A stretch of DNA of 21,219 nt, from the NCBI GenBank assembly GCA_049975265.1, contig JBNGDF010000036.1:1-21219 (forward strand). Direction: 5' to 3'. The position numbers were made by a program, and so were the translations under genes. Positions 8,736-16,484 of this stretch are shown piece by piece. The DNA is from Fidelibacterota bacterium. GTDB taxonomy: Bacteria > Fidelibacterota > UBA2242. Every line of letters starts with the position of its first letter. Position 1 is the first letter of the stretch. The notes under the pieces are model-generated. The model was given only the letters and a program-made list of their open reading frames with translations, was not told the DNA's origin and made no database searches.

Positions 8736-9827
8736 CTACTCTCCATGCTGATATCCAACGGTGGGTGCATCAATGATCTCGAAGTCAATCGTAGAATTAT
8801 TCGTATCAAAGCCCGGTTTCCTGCGTTCGATGGATTTTCCGCTGTAGACCATCATGCCGATACCTGTATAACCATAATCCAGATCCTGCCCAATCTCCTT
8901 AATATGGTCCGGGTCCTGTGAATATTCAACGCAATCAATCACCGAATGAATATCAATGCCATCCAGATAATTATCATCTGAACCGTCGGCAATTAATATT
9001 ACATCGCCAATTAAATTTACCGAAAAATCCCGATAGTGACCGTCAAGAATATTGCCGATATTGGGCACATCCGGATTATCATAATCCGTAGGGTCCGATT
9101 CATTGACAAACTCCCAGTCGGCGTGACTCAGATCGACACTCGTCCGGTTGTTAAAAACATACTGACGGTGGTTAAAAGCCGTCCGGGCACAGACGACAAA
9201 TTGCCCGGGATAAATCGGATATTCCCGACCGGTCACCGGCTCACCCGGAAACTGGAAAATATAGGTTACATTATCCAACCCGATACCCATCCGGCAGAAC
9301 TGAATTCCGTCCAGATAGAGTGTCTCGGCGGATGAGTTGTACAGCTCAAAATACTGGTCCGAATAGTAGAAAAAATTGTTGGGCGGTCCGCAGGTATAGA
9401 GTTCGTTAATCTTGATACCCGGCGGTTGCGGTCCGGTCAGATAGAGTGTGTCCACGTAAACTTCATTATCCGGTACAACCGGCTGAGCGCCGCGTAATGT
9501 GGCAATTTCAAACCCGTCAACCGTCGGCACCGGATATCCTTCGCGCAGCCCCTTGACATAATAATTCGCCCAGACCAGCCCCTCAAACCGGACAAATCCG
9601 CCGGAGTCCGTTACCGCCGTCCTTTCCGGAATATTATACGCAATAGTGCTTAACGTCACCTCCGTGGAATCCAGATATTCATCGATACCATAAAATTCCG
9701 CTTTCAATTTGACATATATCCCAATGCTTAAATTGCCGTCGTTGAAATCCGGTTGCTCCCGAAAACAGGCAAAGCCGGTCAGGAACATTCCTATCGCGAA
9801 CAGTGTCAAGGTCAACTTTTTTACCAT
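8736..9827 (-). CDS. DUF4876-like lipoprotein
   Basis: Signal ending GFAC (lipobox-like); N-terminal Ig/prealbumin-like segment (AVTDSGGFVRFEGL...YYV); KINELYTCG...DQYFELYNSSAETLYLDG, YIFQFPG...YPIYPGQFVV, VDLSHADWEF, DNPDVPN, GKSIERR, DTNNSTIDF motifs as recalled for DUF4876. ATG 9827 has GGAGG (9842-9838) upstream and overlaps the TonB gene stop (ATGGTAA). Confidence 0.82.
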   Translation of the reverse strand: MVKKLTLTLFAIGMFLTGFACFREQPDFNDGNLSIGIYVKLKAEFYGIDEYLDSTEVTLSTIAYNIPERTAVTDSGGFVRFEGLVWANYYVKGLREGYPVPTVDGFEIATLRGAQPVVPDNEVYVDTLYLTGPQPPGIKINELYTCGPPNNFFYYSDQYFELYNSSAETLYLDGIQFCRMGIGLDNVTYIFQFPGEPVTGREYPIYPGQFVVCARTAFNHRQYVFNNRTSVDLSHADWEFVNESDPTDYDNPDVPNIGNILDGHYRDFSVNLIGDVILIADGSDDNYLDGIDIHSVIDCVEYSQDPDHIKEIGQDLDYGYTGIGMMVYSGKSIERRKPGFDTNNSTIDFEIIDAPTVGYQHGE

Positions 9828-12406
9828 TGCCAGCTGACCTCCATTCCAAAGTACAGCTCGGGATTTCGCTCCCGCCAACAATCGTCATATTCCAGAATCA
9901 TGGCTCGGTCATCGAACAGGTTATTAATATACAGCGATATTTCACTGCTGGCGGATAACGACTTGGTCAACCGAAAATTAAACAGCCAGTATCCCGAATA
10001 ATCCTCCATGAGATAATTATACCAATGGTCCATCCCCTGATACCACACCACGAATTCTTTAATAGTATTATCAAACAGGATCGTCGAATTGGATCTGTAT
10101 TCCCTCCGGCAGTGTTCCAAAGGAATATACTGAGCGTCTACCGTCAGCCAGATTCCCAGCCGTTTGCTGACGTAATTGATCTGCATGTCGACAATGACTT
10201 TCTCTTTCCAGATGGTAAACAGAGGATACCAGATATCCTCCCAGGTTGTATCCGGGCTGCTATCATATTCCAATCCCCGCCTACCACTTTTTGTAAACCG
10301 GTAGGTCAGGTTGGTTCGCAATTGTACATTCCCGATCCGTCCGGTGTGAATGGTCCATTCGACGCCGCTACTACGATAGGTACCGACATTATGATTCAGC
10401 GAAAAGGATTTCCGGGTTATCGTATCGGGATTCACATAATAGCCCCAGGGATAGCTCACCGACCGAATTTGATCATCGGACCGGTTGACATATCCGGTTA
10501 TGGACATGCCAATCATATCAGCTGGTTTCCAGTCCAGCGACAACTCATATTTAGCGGTGGCATAACTCTGCAATTCGGGATTGTATTCCTCCTGAACTTC
10601 CTGCACAACCTTACCATCCACCACATGCGTAATATACGTAGGCGGATCGTATATATTTCCCAGACTAACCGTTTTGGCGGTCCGCCCGACGCCGAAACGA
10701 AGACGGACGGCATTACTGAAAAAGAACCGAAAATTGAACCGCGGATTGAGAAACACTCCATGCTGAGCCGTCGTCAGTCCGGTTGGGTTAAAGCTATCAT
10801 AGCGCAGCCCGACCATCATATCGTAGCGATGCTTCCAAAGCACACCCCGAATGTCATCCTGGAGATAGAGACTCAACGTCTTTAAATGCGGATACCGATC
10901 AAAGCGATAAGAACGTCGCATCGAAGCGGTTCCGTAATAATTGAAAACCGAATCGAGCACGACACCGGCTCCGGTATTAAAATCGTGCCGGTATAAAAGC
11001 CCCGCCAGAATCCTGTGATCCGTATTCGCCGAATTGATCGTCTGCCAGCGCTGCAGCTGACCCGCTATTTTCCATTCTTTTCCGATCACATCCTTCTCAC
11101 CGACGAAACCGTAGTGCGAATTTTTCACATCAATAATTGTCGAATCATAGGTGATCGTCTGACCGTCAATCTCTCTGGTAAAAGTGCTATCCTTGTAAAC
11201 ATAGACATTATCATTGACCCACTTTTCTGCATGATTCTGTTTGTGGTTGACATTGACATCTATCTGCCCGGCGTAACGAACCTGATGGCTCCGTTGGATA
11301 TCAATCTGGAACGAGTTATTCAAATAGTAATCACGCACGAAATTCTGAATTCTCTTCTCGTCTTCTGGCTCCTGATTCTGCATCATCTGGATGAAATTAC
11401 TGCTTATTTTTGTTTCGATCCGGTCGTGACAAAATTTCCGGCTGTATGTACCTTTTACATTGTAGCGATCCAGTGCATCCCGGTCGAGACGCAGATTGTT
11501 TTCGCCTCTTGCCCAGTTGAAATGATAATCAAAAATTCCCTTACCGGCGCGAAAGCCGTGAAGAAAGCTGAACTCTTTCGTATCCGGATTAAATTTAAAT
11601 TTCAACTGCGGTGCCATGACGCCCGATTTGGTCTCAACCCGAACGACCCCGTTACTGATATTGCTGTATTCCACTGATGGAATTCCGGTAACCACCTCCA
11701 CGCTCTTGATATTGTCAGCCGGTAGAACCCGCAAATCCAGCCCGTAAATCGATTCCGTGCCCACCGTGGCATCACTGGAGAATTCGTTTCCGTCGACCAC
11801 GATGCCGGTGCCAAAGGATTCCGGCACATCGACCGTTCTGCCGCCGATGGCAATCGAGCGCAGCCCGACATAACTCATTTTCGACAGACCGGGATTTCGG
11901 GATTTTTCCACACCCGGCACCAAGGTCAAAATATCTCCCAGGTTCGTGGCTTGCATGTGTTCGATCTCACCCGAACCGATCTTGCGGGTTGTTACCATCT
12001 CCTCCGGAATAATCGCCTTTGAATCGCCGGGAACCTCAATCCCCCCCAGCATAAAGCAGTATTCATTTTGATCATCCCGGCTCCTGCGCAACAGCCGGAT
12101 AGTAACCCTGCAGTCACGCCCGGACTCCACCAGCAGATCAAAGAGTACATTTTTAAAATAGCCATCCCGAACCACCTCGATGTTGTACTTCCCGGGCAGA
12201 ACATCCAGAAAGATAAAATTTCCACCGGCATCGCTGACACTAGTCCGGGCAAAATCCTCATCGTCCGTTTTTATGAGGATAACCAAAGCATCGGCAATGG
12301 CGGTCTTCTCCAAATGACACAACACCTTTCCGGAGATCGTGGCTGCCGACAGACGGCTGCTGCCTCCAATCAGCAGCGCAAAAATCCCCAGCACTACCCT
12401 GTTCAT
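9821..12406 (-). CDS. TonB-dependent outer-membrane receptor with N-terminal carboxypeptidase-regulatory-like domain
   Basis: ISGKV...SDAGGNF...PGKYNIEV N-terminal domain; plug motifs LGDILTLVPG, GLDLRVLPADNIKSVEVVTGIPSVEY...GVVRVETK; barrel motifs GLRYD, NPRFN, NPEL, INNLF; aromatic C-terminus. Start placed at ATG 12406 (MNRVVLGIFALL signal peptide); start position uncertain. Confidence 0.9.
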   Translation of the reverse strand: MNRVVLGIFALLIGGSSRLSAATISGKVLCHLEKTAIADALVILIKTDDEDFARTSVSDAGGNFIFLDVLPGKYNIEVVRDGYFKNVLFDLLVESGRDCRVTIRLLRRSRDDQNEYCFMLGGIEVPGDSKAIIPEEMVTTRKIGSGEIEHMQATNLGDILTLVPGVEKSRNPGLSKMSYVGLRSIAIGGRTVDVPESFGTGIVVDGNEFSSDATVGTESIYGLDLRVLPADNIKSVEVVTGIPSVEYSNISNGVVRVETKSGVMAPQLKFKFNPDTKEFSFLHGFRAGKGIFDYHFNWARGENNLRLDRDALDRYNVKGTYSRKFCHDRIETKISSNFIQMMQNQEPEDEKRIQNFVRDYYLNNSFQIDIQRSHQVRYAGQIDVNVNHKQNHAEKWVNDNVYVYKDSTFTREIDGQTITYDSTIIDVKNSHYGFVGEKDVIGKEWKIAGQLQRWQTINSANTDHRILAGLLYRHDFNTGAGVVLDSVFNYYGTASMRRSYRFDRYPHLKTLSLYLQDDIRGVLWKHRYDMMVGLRYDSFNPTGLTTAQHGVFLNPRFNFRFFFSNAVRLRFGVGRTAKTVSLGNIYDPPTYITHVVDGKVVQEVQEEYNPELQSYATAKYELSLDWKPADMIGMSITGYVNRSDDQIRSVSYPWGYYVNPDTITRKSFSLNHNVGTYRSSGVEWTIHTGRIGNVQLRTNLTYRFTKSGRRGLEYDSSPDTTWEDIWYPLFTIWKEKVIVDMQINYVSKRLGIWLTVDAQYIPLEHCRREYRSNSTILFDNTIKEFVVWYQGMDHWYNYLMEDYSGYWLFNFRLTKSLSASSEISLYINNLFDDRAMILEYDDCWRERNPELYFGMEVSWQW

Positions 12407-12583
12407 CAACCGTAACCTGTTCCTATGGTACCCTCTATCCATAGATGTAAATTGACCCTGGTTTAATATATTCATTCTGCATTTATAAACAACAATTTCC
12501 GGTAACAATGGAATGCAATCGCTCTGCTCAATATTATTATGGTGCCGGCAAATGCCTCAATCACCCGACTTTCCGGTCAACTG

Positions 12584-12706
12584 CGAACCGCCGCACAAGG
12601 GTCGTTGAACTACCGGAAATTAACGAACGTATTCTTCACTATAAAAGCCGCAAATACCGAATCCGGCGGCAAATAGTGAGATGTAATATTCGGTATACCC
12701 TGTTCG
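12584..12706. repeat. Long nested imperfect inverted repeat in the glyQS-TonB intergenic region
   Basis: GCCGC(12647-51)/GCGGC(12666-70); TCACTAT(12636-42)/ATAGTGA(12673-79); TACCGGAAATTA(12611-22)/TAATATTCGGTA(12684-95); AGGGT(12598-602)/ACCCT(12697-701); CGAAC(12584-88)/GTTCG(12702-06). Confidence 0.5.
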
Positions 12707-12769
12707 ATAAAATTTTGAAGAAATCCGATCGGGAACTGGTTGCCGCCTGACCGGTACCGATGGTAGAGA

Positions 12770-14092
12770 TCACACCGCCAGTTGGTCCTTTAAATATGCC
12801 ACAACGTTCTCTTTGGCAATCCGAATCTGCTGCAGGGTATCCCGGTCACGGATCGTCACCGTACCATCCTCAAGCGTCTGGGAATCCACAGTAATGCCAA
12901 AAGGCGTTCCGGCTTCATCCTGGCGACGATAGCGCCGTCCGATGGAACCACCCTGATCGTAAAAGGCATTCATATATTTTTTCACATCATGATAGATGTT
13001 CAGCGCAATGTCCGGCATACCGTCCCGGTTCACCAGCGGCAGAATAGCAACCTTAATGGGCGCCAGTTTCGGGTCCAGATGCAATACAATCCGCACATCC
13101 TTTTCCAGTGCTTCCTCTTCATAGGCGTCCACCAGACAGGTCAGCAGTGTCCGGTCAAGTCCGGCAGACGTCTCAATGATATAGGGAATGAAGCGCTCCC
13201 GGGCGACATCGTCAAAATAGCTCAGATCCCTGCCCGAATACTGCTGATGTCGGGAGAGATCAAAATCGGTGCGGTTATGGACCCCCTCCAGCTCCTTCCA
13301 GCCGATGGGAAATTCATACTGAATATCGAAAGCGGCTTTGGCATAGTGCGCCAACTCTTCGGGACCGTGCTGGTGAAAGCGCAGTTTCTCCCTGCGGATA
13401 CCGATACGGTCATAAAAATCGATCCGTTTCTGTTTCCACTCCTCAAAATATCGGTCGTCGTCCCCGGGTTTGACGAAAAACTGCATCTCCATCTGCTCAA
13501 ATTCCCGGGTGCGGAAGATGAAATTGCCCGGCGTAATCTCATTACGGAAGGCTTTCCCGATCTGGGCAATTCCGAAGGGAATCTTCAGGCGCGAGGAGTC
13601 CATGACATTTTTATAATTGACGTAAATTCCCTGCGCGGTTTCCGGTCGCAAGTAGATCACTGCGGCATTCTCCTCCACGGCACCCATATGCGTTTTGAAC
13701 ATCAGGTTAAACTGCCGGGCATCGGTGAGCGATCCGACGGTACCGCAGATCGGGCACTGTCTTTTTTTCAATTTTTCCGGCGGAATGTCATCCTCCCGGA
13801 AGCGGTTCTTGCACTGTTTGCAGTCCACCAGCGGATCATGGAAGCCCGCGACGTGTCCCGAGGCTTCCCAAACTTTGGGGTGCATCAGAATGGCGGCATC
13901 CAGACCGACGATATTGTCATGCTCATAGACCATTGCCTGCCACCAGATATTCTTGATGTTGTTTTTCAGCTCCACACCCAGCGGACCGTAATCGTAACAG
14001 GCGTTTAACCTGCCGTAAATCTCGCTGGACTGGTAAATGTATCCGCGCCGTTTGCACAGGGAAACGATTTTATCCATTGTAACAGCTGTCAT
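12770..14092 (-). CDS. glyQS: Glycine--tRNA ligase, homodimeric alpha2 type
   Basis: LCKRRG, YDYGPLG, VWEASGH, FNLMFKT, YLRPETAQG, GKAFRNEITP, FRTREFEQME, LAHY, GSIGRRYRRQDEAGTPF; GGAGGAG RBS upstream. Confidence 0.97.
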   Translation of the reverse strand: MTAVTMDKIVSLCKRRGYIYQSSEIYGRLNACYDYGPLGVELKNNIKNIWWQAMVYEHDNIVGLDAAILMHPKVWEASGHVAGFHDPLVDCKQCKNRFREDDIPPEKLKKRQCPICGTVGSLTDARQFNLMFKTHMGAVEENAAVIYLRPETAQGIYVNYKNVMDSSRLKIPFGIAQIGKAFRNEITPGNFIFRTREFEQMEMQFFVKPGDDDRYFEEWKQKRIDFYDRIGIRREKLRFHQHGPEELAHYAKAAFDIQYEFPIGWKELEGVHNRTDFDLSRHQQYSGRDLSYFDDVARERFIPYIIETSAGLDRTLLTCLVDAYEEEALEKDVRIVLHLDPKLAPIKVAILPLVNRDGMPDIALNIYHDVKKYMNAFYDQGGSIGRRYRRQDEAGTPFGITVDSQTLEDGTVTIRDRDTLQQIRIAKENVVAYLKDQLAV

Positions 14093-14132
14093 TGACTCCT
14101 CCGCGTGGCGTGAGCGATCTTATTTATTATGC

Positions 14133-16349
14133 CTATTCGCTGTCGTTGTATTCCGTTTTGCATTTCGGGCAGATAACAATTGTCCCTTTACTGCGAGTCT
14201 CCCGACGCTCCAGAATACCGTAACCGCAATTTGTGCAGGTCCGTGCAATCGGCTCATTCCAGGTGGCGAATTTGCATTTTGGATAGTTGCTGCAGCCGTA
14301 AAAGGTCTTGCCGCGACCGGTGCGCTTCTCCACCAATTGCCCGTCGCAATCCGGTTCCGGACAGGGAATATTCAGGGTAAAGGGTTCGGTGGTTTTGCAT
14401 TTCGGGTAATTGCTGCACGCCCAGAATCGTCCGTAGCGACCCTGTTTGACGATCATTAATCCGCCACAATTCGGGCACCTTTTTTCGGGTAACTCCTGCC
14501 TCGGTGCATCCCCGTCCAGCGGTCTGGTATTCCGACACTCCGGAAACCCGGAACAAGCCAGAAATTTCCCGTTCTTACTCCATTTAATCACCATCGGGCG
14601 ACCACAGCGTTCACAGACCTCGTCCGTGACCTCCTGCAATCCGGCTTTGATGGTTTTTTTCTTATCATCCAATTTATTCAGCGATTTTTCAAATGATTTG
14701 TAAAATTCACGAATGACGGTCAGCCAGTCCTTTTTATTGCCTTCGACATCATCCAATTCTTCTTCCATCAGCGCCGTGAACTGGACATTAAAAATATCCG
14801 GCATGTTCTCTACCAAAATTTTATTTACCGTCCGACCCAGTTCTGTCGGCTGGAGAAAGCCCTTGACGCGCTCGACGTATTTGCGGGTCAGGATCGTGCT
14901 AACGATACCGGCGTAGGTGCTCGGTCGTCCGATTCCCAGACTATCCAGATCCTTGATCAGAGTTCCCTCACTGAAGCGGGTAGGTGGCTCGGTGAATTTC
15001 TGCTCGGGATGCAGTTCGAGCAGAATCAACTGCTCACCTTTGGAAAGGTTTGTCGGCAGTTTGGGCAGGCTGTTTTCCGACGACTCTTCACGCCAGGCGC
15101 GCAGATAACCATCGAAAATCAACTCACTGCTGGTCGCCCGGAACAGATAGTTTTCCGCCGTAATATCCACATTTCGCTGTTTATAACGGGCGGGGGTCAT
15201 CTGACAGGCTGCGAAGCGATTCCAGATCAGGCGGTAGAGCTTTTTCTGGTCGGGGGTCAGAAAGGCGTCCACCTTCTCCGGCGGCAAGTCAAAGCGCGTA
15301 GGGCGGATACCCTCGTGAGCATCTTGGACATTCTTTTTTTTCGTCTTGAAATAGCGGGGATTCGCTGGTAGATATTCGGCGCCATATTCCGTGCCGATGA
15401 ACTTGCGAATGCCGGTTATAGCTTCTTTGGAAATCCGCACCGAATCGGTCCGCATGTAGGTGATCAGACCGACGAGATCGCTACCGACTTTAACACCTTC
15501 GTAGAGCTGCTGGGCGATTTTCATCGTTTTCACCGAGGGGAAACGATAGCGTTTGGTGGCTTCCTGCTGCAGCGTACTGGTGATAAACGGCGGCGCCGGT
15601 GACCGGGATTTCTCCTTTTCTTCCACAGACTCAACAGCAAACCGGGCATTTTTCAGAATCTCGAGATGCTCTTCTGCCGCCTGCCGGTTATCAATTACCG
15701 GCTTCTTATTGTCGATTTTGACACACTTGGCGGTAAAGGTTTCATTTCTGACTGTTTTTACATCGGCGGTCAAATCCCAGAATTCACGGGGTACAAACGC
15801 CTCTATCTCGGCTTCCCGCTCACAGATAATCCGCAGCGCCACTGACTGCACCCGTCCGGCACTGAGCCCGCGGTACAGCATCCTCCACAAAAAGGGGCTC
15901 ACCTGATACCCCACCAGCCGGTCAACCACCCGGCGCGCCTGCTGCGCATTGACCAGATTCTGATCAATCCGGCGGGGATGTTTGATGCCGTATTGGATAC
16001 CGCTATAGGTAATTTCATTGAAAAGCACCCGCAGAATCCGACTGTCGGCAACCTTGAGTGAATTGGCGATATGCCAGGCAATTGCCTCACCCTCCCGGTC
16101 GGGATCAGGCGCCAGATAGACAGTATCCGCCGACTGAGCCGCGTTCTTCAGCTGCTGAATTATTCTCGTCTTCCCTTTGATGGTCACATATTTCAGGCGA
16201 AAGTCTCTGGCAATATCGATCCCCAACTCCTTCTCAGGCAGATCCTTGATATGACCGACCGACGCCAGAACCTGAAATTCTTTACCCAGATACTTTTTTA
16301 TCGTTCTTGCTTTCGATGGTGATTCTACGATTAAGAGCTTTTTCGGCAT
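14133..16349 (-). CDS. topA: DNA topoisomerase I (type IA) with C-terminal zinc ribbons
   Basis: LLIVESPSKA, ASVGHI, PDPDREGEAIAWH, SAGRVQS, AQQLYEG, GLITYMRTDS (catalytic Tyr), QDAHEGIRP, GIGRPSTYA, repeated C4 zinc-ribbon motifs; start MPKKLL at 16349 with AAAGGAAG directly upstream. Confidence 0.97.
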   Translation of the reverse strand: MPKKLLIVESPSKARTIKKYLGKEFQVLASVGHIKDLPEKELGIDIARDFRLKYVTIKGKTRIIQQLKNAAQSADTVYLAPDPDREGEAIAWHIANSLKVADSRILRVLFNEITYSGIQYGIKHPRRIDQNLVNAQQARRVVDRLVGYQVSPFLWRMLYRGLSAGRVQSVALRIICEREAEIEAFVPREFWDLTADVKTVRNETFTAKCVKIDNKKPVIDNRQAAEEHLEILKNARFAVESVEEKEKSRSPAPPFITSTLQQEATKRYRFPSVKTMKIAQQLYEGVKVGSDLVGLITYMRTDSVRISKEAITGIRKFIGTEYGAEYLPANPRYFKTKKKNVQDAHEGIRPTRFDLPPEKVDAFLTPDQKKLYRLIWNRFAACQMTPARYKQRNVDITAENYLFRATSSELIFDGYLRAWREESSENSLPKLPTNLSKGEQLILLELHPEQKFTEPPTRFSEGTLIKDLDSLGIGRPSTYAGIVSTILTRKYVERVKGFLQPTELGRTVNKILVENMPDIFNVQFTALMEEELDDVEGNKKDWLTVIREFYKSFEKSLNKLDDKKKTIKAGLQEVTDEVCERCGRPMVIKWSKNGKFLACSGFPECRNTRPLDGDAPRQELPEKRCPNCGGLMIVKQGRYGRFWACSNYPKCKTTEPFTLNIPCPEPDCDGQLVEKRTGRGKTFYGCSNYPKCKFATWNEPIARTCTNCGYGILERRETRSKGTIVICPKCKTEYNDSE

Positions 16350-16431
16350 ACTTCCTTTCGCTTGGCGGGGTGAATTTACAAAGTATATCCAGAAATCCAA
16401 TAATTTTTACAAAACAGAACCGCAGACAGTT

Positions 16432-16460
16432 AAAAAAAACCCCACGATCGATCGCGGGGC
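16432..16460 (-). terminator. Rho-independent terminator after the gap-GH57 unit
   Basis: Minus-strand CCCCGCGA-TCGA-TCGTGGGG hairpin followed by T8, about 25 nt after the GH57 stop codon. Confidence 0.85.
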
Positions 16461-16484
16461 TGATTTTTCAGGAAGACTGATCCT

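Noticed and set aside
12407..12508. ORF-track N-terminal extensions (TonB 12508; also 8809, 9881, 16400, 19628, 2311)
   Set aside because: Downstream starts fit RBS position, signal peptides or family N-termini better, and some extensions overlap neighbouring genes.
12505..12542. Possible Fur box upstream of the TonB receptor (ATAATAATATT)
   Set aside because: Only a half-site resemblance in AT-rich DNA; no 19-bp dyad.
12508..12750. 80-aa plus-strand ORF in the glyQS-TonB gap
   Set aside because: No RBS or motif, Arg-rich low-information sequence, and it overlaps the inverted repeat and the probable promoter region. It cannot be fully excluded.
12989..14008. Long antisense ORFs (339 aa here; also 3158-4120, 1544-2233, 10025-10885, 11015-11677, 17892-18716, 7496-8113)
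   Set aside because: They lie entirely opposite well-supported genes and have no recognisable motifs; typical shadow ORFs caused by codon bias.
16373..16412. topA promoter candidates (TTGTAA-19-TATACT; TTGGAT-16-TAAATT)
   Set aside because: A promoter is likely here after the terminator, but spacings are non-optimal and the alternatives cannot be distinguished.
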